A stretch of DNA of 64,000 bases, taken from NCBI RefSeq assembly GCF_964204645.1, contig NC_134026.1, forward strand, positions 23,656,150-23,720,149, given 5' to 3'. The notes beneath the pieces were generated by a model. The model did not search any database. It was given only the letters and a program-made list of their open reading frames with translations, and was not told the DNA's origin. Shown one piece after another: positions 42,201 to 57,200 of this stretch. Position 1 is the stretch's first letter; every line of letters starts with the position of its first letter. Source of the stretch: Tubulanus polymorphus (taxonomy: Eukaryota > Animalia > Nemertea). The translations under genes were made by a program, and so were the position numbers.

Positions 42201-45200
42201 ATGTTCGTGATGTCACATATGCCATTGACACATAGTATTAATATGCGCGCTTTTTATTTCAGTTTCAAAAGCCAAAGCAAATTTATATATATATTATATA
42301 TATATATATATATATATGTGATATGAGATTTGATCTTTCCTGAAACAAGGAAATGTTATACCCATACTTGAACTGTTATGAAATCTAAACCCTCATACCG
42401 ATGTTCATAATACAATTCAATAATATGTGCATCAGTATGGGGAGTCACGGGGAGATATTTCCTAATATCCTTTTCTGATTTCAATTTCAATTCGAATACA
42501 CGACCTTTTTTAAGCAGATTCCACTTGCCAAAAAGATTGAGTCGGCTCTAAAATCTGTGACGTCACCCTCTTCAACTGACAAAAATCATTCATTCAAATG
42601 AGGTTACTTCAGTTCTCAAAAGTGTTCATGACTTCGAATTGAAAATGATCTAGAAATTGGAAATATGTCTAAATCTAATTCCAACATTAGCCATCAAATA
42701 CTTATAAACTGATAAGATTTCTACATGCGCATCACACGACTTCTAGTGTCAATACATGAGATAGGATAAATTCAAATAGTCGACGAAAATGAGTCACAGA
42801 AATATTCGAGTCAACTGTGGTTTCGATATCGTAAGCATAAGACGGCCATAACACGCACATGTTGTAGGTATTTACTGCTTTACCCATTAAAAATTCACTT
42901 GGAGACAACGTTCACACCTTACTTTCAAAAGATCGACTAAACAACGAAGACATTCCGGCGTATGGTTAAAAAATGCGCAGGGAAAGACGACCAACTGGCA
43001 AGCATTCATTCGCGCCGTTGAACATTCACAAAGGGAATTCATTCAAGGTGAATAGAGTGACAGGGCGCCGCGTTTGAAACATCTACACGAAGCTCGGTTG
43101 CCTTCATCGCACAACAACTAAGTAAATAAGGGATGTCATACTTCTCAAATTCTCAGCCTCATCAGCGAAAAAACCAATAAGAAACTAGCTGAGATCTACA
43201 GTCGATGTAAAAGATGATACTAACCGGTCTTTGCACAACAGGGTATCCGAGAGTCATTAAAGTTAACATCCTTTTAGAGGTTGTCTCCGTGTGTTCGTTA
43301 ACGTGTGACGTCTCGTTCGCTCGCTCGCGTGTGCGTGAGTGTGTGTGTGTGTGAGAGCGCTCGCTCAAACTGACTAGAATCGACTAACAATGGTCATGGA
43401 TTGATCGGAGCTTTTATGGCGATGATTAGCATAACAATATCGGCATCTGGGCCCATCAGGTGGAATTAAGCCTCGGCACAGGTGACGCGCATACGCCCTA
43501 TAGGCAAATGGATTCCCTTATAGCCAAAAAATTACAATTGCCAACTCTCTCGCAAAACCGATACAAGCCACTCGAACTGGAACAGATGAGTGCTATATAA
43601 TCAAATAGGTATCAGGATGTTTTCTCAAGTTCAATTTTCTGAAATACCCCATTATCAATAGATTGTAAAGAATTTTATCAAATACCAGCATGATGCCGAC
43701 ATCGTTTTGAACAAAAATATCAGCTGAAAATTGATACGACGAGCAGATGATTCAATTCAGGATATTAATTGAATATGAAAGTTGAACATCGTTTTTTTTC
43801 TCTCATTTTAAGCAAAATTTTGGAAGAGGTTTTCAGCTACTTTATAATGAAGGGGATTTTACGCTGGATTTTTTGGACAATCATTTTATTCTAAAAGCGA
43901 TACACCAAATATGATATTTAACAGGAGGCAAGAAATTTAATTAGCTGAGGTGACTAGTACTACATATTCCCAACTTGTGAATTGTCACATGTAGGTTTTA
44001 CATTACTCTTACCCAATAATCGAATTAGATAATTCATTTATAATTAGTCAGAGTGATCCACTGATGTTTCCCAGAGATCATTAATTAGTTAAATTGGCGT
44101 AAACTCAATTTTGCGTCCAGTCCATCGTCAGAACTAGTGTACAACATGTACAGTTTTCGCAGTACGTATATTCTCTGCTGAAATTACTGCATACACAAGA
44201 ATGGCATAAACATATATCAAATATCCGTTGAAAAAACTTATAAAAACACCAGTAAAACATTGAAATTGTGTTTACAGCCTGTAAGGGTTTTTGTTCCATT
44301 TTGATAGATAAATGAAAGTTGATAGAAAGGTAGGCTATAGATACCTAGAAAAAGCCATGGATTGAATATTAAGTCATTGAAAGCAAAGAAGTCAAATCTT
44401 ACAATGGTTCTTAAGCCCAGCGTACACTAGGCTATTTTTAGTCGCAAACTGAAAGCTTTTAAAAAACCTTCAGCAATTTTTGTTTACATCGGCGACAATC
44501 GCTGTCTGGTCGCCCACACGGCGTACTAGATGATTTTTGTGGCCAAATCGCAAGCTGCAGTTTGGCGCCTCTCGTTGTTGGCGCCACCTAACTTCTACTA
44601 AAGGGCGCCATCTTGTGAATCGCACATGACTCAGCGCTGATTGGCTGTTAGTTATGGGAATTTGGAGGGATTCGTCGCTGGTAACCACACACGATTTGAT
44701 ACCAATCTTTGCGCCCAATATCTAGTATGCCGGATACTGATCGCCAGGGACCATTTGTCGGCCGAAAAATGTTGCCAATGGCCGCACACTATAAGATGTC
44801 ATAGCGATTTTGTAGACATGAAATCACCTTATGTACGCCAGGCCTTCGTATCACCTACGTTCTTCACAGAGATGCAGGTTCTGATATTTAGATGATGGCG
44901 AACAGCAACAACAAGTAAAATTGACGAAACGATTAATTTTCCTAAGAAGTAATGACTGGCAATAAGTTGTTAATATATATTTGTACGAAAGGCTCAAACT
45001 TCTAATTGCGAAGTGAAATCGTAATGAAGCATTGTAACTCGTAGCGACTCCTTGTCCTCGGGGTTTACATCCGATCTGCGCCGGTAGAATCGTATGAAAT
45101 ATTACGTTATAAATGTGTATTCGACAGTGAATCATGCCAACGAAGTTAATTGATGGATTACGCCTTATCCCAGTAAGAGAATATAATTTTGATTATTTCA

Positions 45201-48200
45201 CCATTAAACACCATAAATCGAGCATTTGTCTTTGCCAGCATGCGAGGCCTGACATATTCCTGATGAAGTAGATTCAGCACTATGCCAGTTAATGACTTTC
45301 TATGTTATCAAGATAAAACAGCGTTTTATTGTAGCGTTTATGATATGCTTTGTAATCTTTTTCGGCCACTGAAAATTATTTTCGATAACTTGAATTATCT
45401 TGCGAGATGTTTGAGAACATTATCATTGCAATGGGCCCAAGTAGGAGTGTTTGCGAATCTAATCAAGTTTGTCAGATTTTTACCTCCTCGCAAGATAAAT
45501 GGGAATGAGATTTGGAAGCAGGGCTGCCAACCTCTGAAAAGTGGTATCAGTAACAAATTGAGTTTTATCAGTAACATTTCATGGAAATATATTAAAGAAA
45601 ATGGTAATCCGTTATCAACAGTAAGACCCTTAGTAACATCTTTCAAATTTCTGTATGCATCAAAGAAATCAAATCGATATTTCTCGTTATAAAACAGTAA
45701 CAAATACTGAAAATCAGGAACAGTTAGCAGCTCTGTAAAAGCAATGGAAGGGACTTATTTTATAACAATTACATCCTCCAGTTTGATCATGTTTTCAAGT
45801 TACCGCACCTCCCCTAGATATTTACCCCACCGTAGTCCTGGCCCTGCCTTACAACAAACAGCTAATAGAAAGTATATACCTATTACAGTGCATTCAAATT
45901 CTACCAATTTGTCGCAGGCACTCCAGTTTTGCCGCATGTCACAAATTTGGGATTTTAATGAGCACGCACTCGGAGCAAGTAGCACTTAAGTTTTACGAGC
46001 ACGATGACGTATCGATCTGGTATTAATGAGATCCCGCATGTATAACGCATCGTACCTGAATCAAATATCAAATAGATTATTGATGGGTGCCTTGAATATA
46101 AATCATTATCGTCAAGTCACACATATACATATATCATTGGCTTACGTCCGAGCTGCAATCGTTTTTCTTTTTGCACGTCGGATTTTTCTGAAAACCAAAC
46201 AATACGTTTAAACTTGAACAAACGATGAGATCGTTGAAACAGCCTTACGCGATACTCAGACATAGGAGAACTTATGATTTTTCGTGAAGAATAGGAAGGA
46301 AGCGGATATTCCTGTCTATCTTAAACACACCCTTACACTACTAATTTTTTCTTCCGATAGAAATCAAACGTACCGCCGTCATTATTTCATCGACATCTCC
46401 TGAATATTGTCGTCGCAATCGATACGAATGAATTAATTTACCGTTCTGAGAATTATCAGTATTCATTAAAGATATTTCATCACATGCGAATATTTAGTTA
46501 CAATGTTTCACTAATCAATTTCATTTGACGAGATAAACTAGCTATTTCTCATTACCACACAAACAACGCAGACGTTGATAAACTAGTCTGGACCGAATAC
46601 TTTTTGATGTTCAATTCTAGTCGTTATAAAGGTTAATAAACATAAGGGTTCGAGTCAAGTTGTAGCATTTTCAGGCAAAAATTTAAAAAAATCTGAATGA
46701 AAAGTCGTGCGATCTATAACATAGTACCCAAGCAGCCCCATTTTCAACGAGACAGTATCGAAGGCTTTTCAGAGCCGTACGAAAGGAAATTCGTCAAAAT
46801 TTATATCGATTTTGTGGTTACGGCAAAAATGGTCCTGCACCCCGATGAATCATCGTAAGACTAAGAGAGACAGACAGAGAGAGGGACAGAAACATCTGCA
46901 TTGCACATTCAATCAATCTCCCAGGAGTAAGAGATCTGATCTCCCCATGTGCCTAATGTCGCCACTGATCATCCATATTTATATAATTACGTGAGAACAA
47001 TTGATTGTGATTATATATTATATACCAGATGTGAGCTGATATGGCAACATTCATTATTCATTGGTCGGGCTCTCGCAAATGAAATTACCCCCCAACACTA
47101 AAGGGTGAGCCGTTACTCCCATGAAATATTTAGGTGATGGTTTGTATTTGCGATTACCCCGTACACATTCGATATGAATATCATAGCCAATATGTCTCGT
47201 TTATGAAATCATTGGGACATAAAACAGTGGATTGGTTTAAATACGCGGTTTTACACTTATAACTCTTCATGGACAAAAAGAGAATATATTCTTAAGTGGA
47301 CGCTTAAAAGTATTCTGTTATAACTAGATTCCGATCAGTTGGAAGTTACGACAAATTGAACACCAGCAATAGAAAGATTTTATTAGCACAATTTTCGCAG
47401 TTAATGCCAACCAACACTGCAGTCCAGTTTCTTTGTCAGATTGAAATTAAAAGCCCAGCAGGTAAAGATCAAAGTGTTATCTATTTTTACTGACTCCGTT
47501 TATCTCCTGTGGATTGATATATAGAAACCTAGCGAACCGTGTAAGCAGAAATTATCATTTTACCAATGAGAAATTATTCATATTTTCCTTTTTGATTTTT
47601 CACTTTTGAATCAATACTGACCTAAAACAGTGCAGTCACCTGAAAGTACTTCCAAATATACAAATTGATTCAGAAAATTGTCACCAGGGGTGCACTAAAT
47701 AAACAGATTAAGTTATTCATAAGACAGATATCATAGAAAATAAACAATTGATTCTGAACAACCAATCTTGCCTTATAGATAAATGACCATATACAAGAAA
47801 AAAATTCTGCATTCTGTCTCATGTATAAACGATGAACTTCCTATTTTCCATATAAGCCTTGATGACGTCATGCATATGCGATATTGCATTTTTTATGCTC
47901 CTCTCATGAGAACGTATATAGTTGGACAGTTCAGTATACAAACGGCGTGTACGCTAATGAAATTACTTAAATATGCACCAAAATAGCCTCCAATGACTTG
48001 AGGGTACAAGCAATAAACATAGGCATGTACGTTCTTATTCATATTAATGAGAGATAGTAAGACATCAACATGCAACATAGCACATAACTAACCACAATTT
48101 CTTCAATGAAATACCAATCTTTTTCAGGTGAGGAGATGGGTACTTCTTGCCCGGGTAGAAAATATATGGGCTTATTTTCGTATGCAGATTTGATAGAATT

Positions 48201-51200
48201 ATGTATACGAGTCAATTTCATTAACGTTAATACTCTCGATGATTTCCCAGGATTATTCCAGTGGATTTTGCACAGGATTCCAGTGGAGTTCTTTTGGTCC
48301 TGTGACAACTACAGAATGACTACCCTTTTCATGTTGTTATTTTCATATTGAAGAAGTAAAATATAAATATCTGACCAAACGTATTCAATAATGCTTCAAC
48401 TGCTTTTCAACTATAGTGTATTTATTGACAAGCATGGTTTCAAATTATCAAGTTAAGAGTTTCCTCCAATCTCCCTAGTATTGGTATGGAATGAAAGTCA
48501 TATTTCAACCAAATTTAGAGTCAACCTATAGCCTAACATTGGCACATTCAAATGTTAGTATTAAATTGCTTGATGTTATAAAATAAAAAAGTTCTAGGAT
48601 GAAAATATCTCGCAACACATCCATCCAAGGCCTAATAAGAATCACACACACACAAGTACAGCTGTGCCAAGAAAAAATATGTAATGACCAATCATTACGT
48701 CATTCTGTCTTACAGAAGCAGTGCTACATGATGGAAAAATATGCTGAGGTGGCTTGAACTATCTCCACCTGCCAGAGGCCAGGTGTAATGGATTACCACT
48801 AGATGAAACTGGAGTTGACACCATAAAGAAAGTATTAACAATTGACAATAACAATACACTTGACTCTTTAAGTCTGTTCTATTCTGCAAAAAATATCTTT
48901 GTTTTCCCGAAGTTTAAAGTCAGCTAATAATCCGTCTGACGATATCGATCTGAAAAATTCTATACATCAACCAATGCGCGAGCTTTCATTATGTTTCTGT
49001 TTTTTTAGAAATCAATTTTTACAACTATTTACATCGTATTACATACAGCGTGGCTTGCATTTCATTACTGAAATCGTCAAAGTTTCAGGAAGGAAATCGT
49101 ATAGCCAGAAATCAGGTATATCGATTCGATGCACGGAGTAAAGTTGTAGCTTGTGGCATTCATAAACAAATGGATTAAAGAACTCGTCACATTGCCCGGG
49201 GATGCAAATTCTCTGGAAGACCATTTATTACGCTATGACGCTTTTGCCACTTGTATATTGGCATTTATCTATCCAAGAAGAGCCAACATACATATACATA
49301 TATATGGACTGCATTTGTCTACAGATAGCTTCTGAGGAAGAGCAGTTCATAGAAGTATTTGCCAAAAAAAATGTCAGGCACTATTAATTCATGCCATTTA
49401 AAACAGAATGTCAATTTTTCAGAGGGTCATGTAAGAAATATGAAATGTTCCATAAACAAGATCCTATCCCTAAGATTTAAACTCTCTCTCCGCTTCAATT
49501 GGCATAAAAATTTATAGAGTATCTTCGCCACACAATTTCTGATGCATTGCCTCTGAACGACATCCTTCGACGATGACTCTGCCAACAACTGTTTCACTGT
49601 ATTAAACCACGCACAAGTGTTGAGCATGCACCTTCAAAGTTGTAGCGTATAATCACATTTCATTTAAAATTCTAATCGACATCTGAGATGAAAGTGCATT
49701 TACACACACAGAGACACACACTCACATGAACTGCGCAGATTTGCCGACAATCATTTTTGCTGAAATTAGGGTCCATTCATGCATGAAGCGGTGAATGTAA
49801 GAAGTCGATGCATGATAGCCATGTCATATGGCTTATACACATAAACGTGTATATGCAATGGAGAATCCATAGAAATGTAAGTGAACAGAAAAGCTGACTC
49901 CAAAAGTCTGCTAGTAATCTTGTGTTTTGATCAGCGCCCTCAACGGTTGCGATAAACAATAACTTTTCTAGACGGGTTAGCGGTTGTCTCTATTCCTAAT
50001 TGGCGTTTTTCATGGTTTGTTCTAGTCTTAAATTCATCCAAATCTTAAAAACGCTGAAATCCTCAATGCTCACAGAGAAAATATCATTGAGAATCTATTG
50101 TGTATTGTCACTGGTGAGGACGCTGATCAGAACACAAGATTACTAGCAGTGCCTAGCACATACTTGAGGAGGTGGCTTTCCAGTGCGCTTGTATTATAGT
50201 TCTATGGAGAATCATACCAATGGTGAATGGTCAAATACCAACCAAAATGAAAATCCGCTTTTCGCTTCGTCATCCTATCTAAGTGACTAAAACATCATAA
50301 TGAATAGACATATTTTTCACTCCCATGCTTCAGGCTCTACCGGTTTTCACAAGTTTTTGTGATCATGCTGTCGAAGATGAATAGTGATATGAAATCGATC
50401 TAGTTAATATGGAGTTGTTGATTGTGTGGTTGATTCTAGAGCAACTGACTAAAAAAAAAACGTTCTTAGCCGATAGCGTATACAACATTTTTCTAAATCA
50501 TTCACATCTGTAGGTTATGGTTGCCATTTCTTCTGCGTGATACACAATTTCATTAAAATTTTTATGAATGAAGGCTTATAAAACTAATTACACGATTCAT
50601 ATGGGTCGATTTGAGAGTTTTAGCGGGAGCGAAATGAAATGAACGACTCGTTTTTATGACGTTCGAAGCATGGCCGAATTACAAACAATATCGCAAATGG
50701 AAATTGATCAGACAACCACATCCCTTGCAGTACACAATCTAATCACTGTGATGTCATTTTATATGAAGTATTTGTTAGGCAATTGACCCAACTATCATCT
50801 ATTCATGTACATTTAGTATTAAATTGTAGTGTTGCAGAATATTCGTACATACGTAAATATATCGATTGAATATTCGCTGTCCATCAGCGCGGAGAGCAGG
50901 AAAAGGAATTAGTCGGATGTAATCCTCTAAATGAGATCGCGAAAATAATTTACAAGCAGTCAACGTTGGCTTTTAAACCGGTTTTATGATCCATATTACT
51001 CAGAAATCGACAAACACAAGGGAATACTTCGTTTTGACCAGCAACTATCATCGCTAATGGACCATACAGACAAGGTCAATGTAGACAGTGACACACAGAG
51101 AATAGGTATATGAAATCGGTCGGTAACCGATTTATAAGGAACGAGGACCCGAAGAACACCTGGTGACGAAGACAACATCCAGAAGGCAATAAATACTTAC

Positions 51201-54200
51201 CGGTCTTACACCATACATTGGTAGAGGAGCCGGTAAAACCTGCACACTTACCTAAAATGAGAAAAAGATGGAATTATTAGCAATTTTTGAAGGAAATAAG
51301 TAAGTAATAAACAGTTCAATCATATATCAGGCTAGAAGCTTAGCAATTCTTGGGCGGAGAGAGTGTAATGAGGACAGTTTCTTATCAAGGGTTCAAACAC
51401 ATGACCTGGCATCCTTGAGTACAGGGTAAAGATCTAAACACTTATCGACTAATATGAATATATATATATATATATATATCTATGCAGATTTTTGCAGCTT
51501 AGATTGAACTTTTTTCCATGCAAAGAGAAGTTTTACTGTCTGAATATGTCTCATAAATCTTTGATATATGCACGCGATATTCCCAATAGAGAAAGTACAA
51601 AGTGTCAGATACAATGCTTTCTTTTAAATGATTGCCAAAATGCATGCTTCCATAACAGATCAGGGATGAGATAGATCACCCTTCATTACTTGTTGGTCAC
51701 AAAGTACAAATATTTATATCGCTGAAAGTGGACATCATTTATTTTATGGCGTCGAATTTATGGTTGATGTTCCAGCTGACTCAGCGGCAGGGGAACGGCA
51801 GGCAGCCTCGATTTACCCAGCCTTACCCTATCAACAGAAACTGTGTCAACCATGGACTGTGAGGTCAAGTAGAAAATTCAAAATGCTGTTTTTCCCGGCC
51901 ACAAATGGCTTGGCGGTAGCCTACATCATGTAAGAGATGCTCTGCCGGCCATTTATGAGCAATTTTATTGGCAATCGTGAAGTATGGCAAAATCGATCGG
52001 GCAGCTTTGTGCTGTAAACACCATTTCACTGGTAACGACGACACATGCAGACATTTTCTTGACCTTGGTTCAATCGGCGAACCAGTATCAGACCGTGGCG
52101 CGATGATTATTGAAATCACCAGCCAGTGATTTATAAGTCATTTTCATGTCTGTATGAACTTTGCAGACTTCGCACGACGACAGATGAAATTTTTTCACCA
52201 GCATGTACCATATTCTGACAGTACTAATTCATGAATTCTAAATGCATCAGAATCATCAAACCATATTACCCAGTGAGCACATTAATTACACCTTTTTCAT
52301 CTTATTTTGATTATTTTGTCTTCAAATCTTCAAACATTATTCAATTTTTTTCTTTCCGTTTGGTGCGAATAGCAAAGTTGCGAGTGTCATCTCATTATCT
52401 GACAGGTATACCATACACGGCGTTGAGTTCTTGAGAAACATTCTATACCGCGTGTATATTTTCATGTCACCAGCTGCTATTGATTTTAAACTCTTTTTAC
52501 CCAGAAGCGGTGTATGGCGCGACGACAACGACGGAAAGGGAAAGACAGACAGCGAGATACAGAGAGAGAGAAAGAGAGGGAGAGAAAGGAGACAAACAGG
52601 TATGTACGATGGAGAAGAGGAAAAACGAATGCGAAACAGTGAAACCGTATTTGAAATACGATGAAAGAACATTAAGATGAATGCGATCTGCTCTTGTACC
52701 GTTGGAAAATACGCTGAATACTGGATGTTGTTAACACGATTTGCCAGCCATGTAATTGTGTTAGCTTAAGGAAGTAAATTATCAATAAGGTGTTTATCTA
52801 GACAGTTCGAATATTCATATTCCGAATCCGTAGAAAATCGAGACAATAGTCGATTGGACGAGGTCGACGGGATCGGTCAGAAGGTATCGAGTATGAAATA
52901 CCTATTCGATCAGCAGTGAACGGGGGTGAAATGAATTAGTGATATCCAAAAATTCTTTCTCTTACAATCGTCCAAGCCATAAATGCATGACAACAGGTCA
53001 TGAAATACAGCAACCACATTATAGCGTAATAAAATTGTTAGATATCAATATTTCAGTACTAAAAAATCAATCAACGATAGGGAGAGAGATTGTTTTAGCT
53101 GCGCGATATAAACCCGGCTGAACCGATCTACAGGCATTGATCTATTGAATTTATAAACGAACGATATTGACGTGTGTAGGAATACGGAAAGCGCTTGCTC
53201 TCCAAACTAGAACAGCAACTACATTTATCTCAGCACAAAAGCAATATAATTTTAGATTTTCACGAGCGCTTTCACATGAAAGTAGACACTTATATTTCAG
53301 CTCTTCAGCGTTATCGATGACTAAATGGTGATAGAAACTGAAACCAGTTTGTGTCTCGAATTTCCCGGCACTCTTATTGAATGGGGTAATAAGAAGTAAA
53401 ATTGCTTCCCTGTCAATATCGCCTGGTATAACATTACGCAGAACGGAGAGATCAATTTTTGGTATTTCCTCATATGCGCGATGTAGACGCGATGATAATT
53501 TCATACAGTCATTAGAAATATTGTATATACAGCATTTGATTCGTTGTTCATGGGGTTATTCACATATTCTGATAGCGAGCTAAAACGAACTAATTGACAC
53601 ATCTTTCAGAATTGAGGATGATGAATCTTTTTACGAATAACTAGCATTTTTTGATGAAATGTGGACCTAGAGAACTGATCAGTCCATAGATGACCAAATC
53701 ACAAAAAATGCTGGATGAACAGAAAAAAAATACTAGCCAAGAAGAAACATATCACTTGCATCATGTACAGCAGTTTTTCATGGCGAATTTTTAAGGATGA
53801 TGTCAGATGCGCGCATGAAATGGCATTCATAGGCTTTGTGACAGTCACTACGGCAAATTTTCATCTGTTACTGACATGATGATAATCTGGTTGCCAGTAT
53901 TAGTTGTGATAGCAGACTTGATGGGAATATCCAACAGGCCGATGTTTAGATAGCTAAATTAATGTACCCATAAACCCTTTTATTCAATGAAAACCATCGG
54001 ATGTATAATTCAATCAGTTATCCCCCGTCATCTACCCCGTCGATTCTATCCATCTACCGACATTGTGCTCATCGCATTGAACAGTTTAAAATCCTGACAT
54101 TACCACTTCGTTCTGCATCCAGCACAACGGCCGAGATCAATAGCTTTAGTGCGCGGCTGTATTGAACCGTAATTGGTCGCAATTAATGCCGCAATACATA

Positions 54201-57200
54201 GGATAAGTCGCAACTTAGCTCACCTGCATACAAAGCCTTCATGACAACAGCACTTAGAATAATGAACGGCCGGTTTCGGACACTAACAATCCGCGTTTGC
54301 TTCATGTCCGGAATCAATGGCCGATAAAATCACGATCAACTTTGTCAATTCAATAGCTAACTATATGCAGCTAAGTCATTGCTGGGTGTAAGGATATAAG
54401 TATATTTGTCGTGTCTGGTAGATATGAGCGATTCAATATCAGAGTAATGAAGATTTGAAATGGGGTTTTCAATTAAATGTTGGAAGTATATATCTGCAAA
54501 GGCTCCACAATTTAATGAACATCAACAATTACATCAATGTTGACCCTGACCTTTTGATTTACCAGGAATTGAGCTCGTTTTGATTCATCCTTTCTTTCAA
54601 TGCCATGAAATCTCAACTCTATTCATAGTCTTCGCAAAAAATCTTTCGATGCGAACTTTAAAAAAGTCGATACCCAATTTCGCCCCATCTAGAGTATTTT
54701 ACATAGAGAACCAACGTAAGCAACGTCGAGCTAATGTGCAGAACATAATCAACGAATTAAAACAAGAAACAGCCACTTTAAGGCAGACATCAGTCAAGAA
54801 ATCCAATTACACCAGTAACATCATTGCAAATTATTGTGATGAGTAATACCAAATGGATCTACACTGGTGAATGTCAACAGAAAATGTGACGGAGTTTTGA
54901 AATCCACACAAATCAGCTAACTTACGTAATAGCCAACAACCTTATACTCTCATTAGAAAAAACGAAATGACAAGAACTACCGGGGTTACAGTGATCTTTG
55001 AAAATAATGTCAAACATGCAAAAACTTACAACTGATTCCATTTAATTATTCAGTTTTTAATCCGATATACGCAATAAGATAGTCACCAGATCCCAGCCTT
55101 ACACAGCAGAATTATGACCTATGGTTATGAGAACCAAATCAGTACTTCACCTAGTGAGTTTGGCAATGTTAGAATTGAAATCCTAAAGCTTTCTAGGATC
55201 TCATTCATTACGAAATAGCAGAAACACATTCGCAGAGTCGCGAATAATCATTTCTATTCCGATAGCGATATTTCCATTCCTGGAAGAATATGTCAGGGGG
55301 TATGGTTTCATGACTATGTCGTGGTTGATTGAACACTTCATCGCGCATAATCCGGTATTGGATTATCAACATAACCGCGACGACGAGTCGGTGTTCTGGA
55401 AGTGAATTCAAGAGTCATATAGGCAATGATTTTCTTGCATGTGACCAAGCATCACTTAAGAATTCAGCACAACGTTTCCAAGGATCATTAAGACACATAT
55501 AGAATGCATGGAAGCCGCAGAATAAAACTTTTTATCTTTCTTTACGTTTATTGGCTCTCTTCTTTTGCCCTCTTTCATCGAACCAGGTATTTTTTGCCCG
55601 AAATCTGACGAACGACCGCTCGATACAATAGAGGATATATCGGTGAACTTTCGGCGCGGATATAATTCATATTCTGAACAACATCATTCGGCGATCATAG
55701 ACATTAATTGTATGCGAGTCCATGGAATGACCATTTACAATAAGGAAGAAAGACCAAGGTCCCATTACATGATAAGCACCACTCTGGTACAGTCAGTTTG
55801 GGTAATATATTTATACTCAGTGAGATCAGAAGTGATGATATATTCATTTTACAGGAGGTGCATGTCTACATACCTCATACTAAAAGAAGCAACCATACAG
55901 AATGTTACTTCCAAGTTTTTAAGCTGAATGGGTGCAGTTTGAGACGATTTGGCGCGGGCTAAATTGGCATGGATCAGGCCCGAGTCAAATTAAGCCAGAG
56001 TATGTTCACACGAAAATGCACTCGTTACTAAGCAATGCTTTAACCATGGACGTATACGTCCATGCTTAAAAAAAGCAAAGTGAGTCACTTCCGGAACCTG
56101 AAGTAAAATCACACGCAATGATTTAACCAGCTCGGGCCTGATCCGACGGTTTTGGTCGGGCCAAACCTGGTCCAGGCCAAAAACGCTTGTGTGATCGCTG
56201 CTAATATACAATGTTACTTCCAAGATTTCAAGCTGAATAAAGGCAATATACGTACAGTTCGAAGACAGTCGTTCTTCACGAAGCTCGTTTTATTGACAAA
56301 CTGTGTTCAAACGATTCATTTTCGTGCTGAAATCTACATCACTACATCCAGCTGCACTGAATGTTTTTTTTTTTTTAACTGAACGAATTAAGTGAATAAA
56401 GTTTCTCTCGACGGATAGTGCAGCAAGGCTATAATCGACGTAGATCTGCATTCTAATGACAAACTGTATTTACAAATTAAATTGTACTGAGACTATCAAT
56501 GCGTTGACATGGTAACACTACCAACTTGAATGGAGGGCCTCGCAATAAAATTTAATAACGCTTTTTTGCGGATATTTCATTAATTGAAGCGAATTTGAGC
56601 GATTTCGTAACAGCTGTATTCAGGAACACCATATGAATCGGGGTCGCGGAGAGAGGCGAAAATCAATCAGACTTGATTAGTACGAATTTATCGAATTGAA
56701 ACTCTCCACAGCAGTCAAGAGATGACCATCTATTTGTCAGCATCATTGGCCATCAATCTGAGAGCAGGGCTGTCGCTTATCTATACACAATTCTAAATGT
56801 CAGTAATTCCTAATACAGCGCAGTGAAATTCAAGTAATCTTTCCAAAAACGTATAGACGCTTTAAACTGCAAAAGTTTCTGCTGAGATGAATTTTGCTTG
56901 AAATGTGTGATTACTAGAACAAATCTATACTTGTTCCCGAATCAATCCAATCAGATATTATCATGGAACAACTGTCACCGATAGAATTCAATGGATTTAA
57001 TGAATGTTCTTCGTATTTTTGCAAATGTCAATCGACTATGAAATTCATACGAATACTGGATATTCAATTATTTGGAACATGTGTATCGGGTTCGGATGGA
57101 TAATCACTATCCATCAATACCAACCAGTACTGAACACATGCTAGCATCTCGAATAAATACCCACATTCTAATTAGTCCCATTAAGGCTAGAGTCAGAATA

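Noticed and set aside
46725-46765. RYCLVEN on the minus strand resembling RRM1 YCFVEF
   Set aside because: The similarity does not extend and there are no matching exon boundaries.
51340-51455. tRNA or tRNA-derived SINE (also vague candidates near 4600-4760, 11600-11790 and 34490-34550)
   Set aside because: I could not build a cloverleaf or find intact A and B boxes; at best these are old repeat remnants.
53151-53504. 117-aa minus-strand ORF containing LYCF as the missing RRM1 exon
   Set aside because: No RNP1/RNP2 context, no NDPY..VEF or AMNGR segment, and no fitting splice sites.
34762-54236. Other AG|GT juxtapositions (tatcag|gtacgc at 34767, attcag|gtacga at 46055, atgcag|gtgagc at 54223) as ratchet points
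   Set aside because: Weaker pyrimidine tracts or donors and no clear downstream RS-exon donor; this many is plausible by chance in 30 kb.
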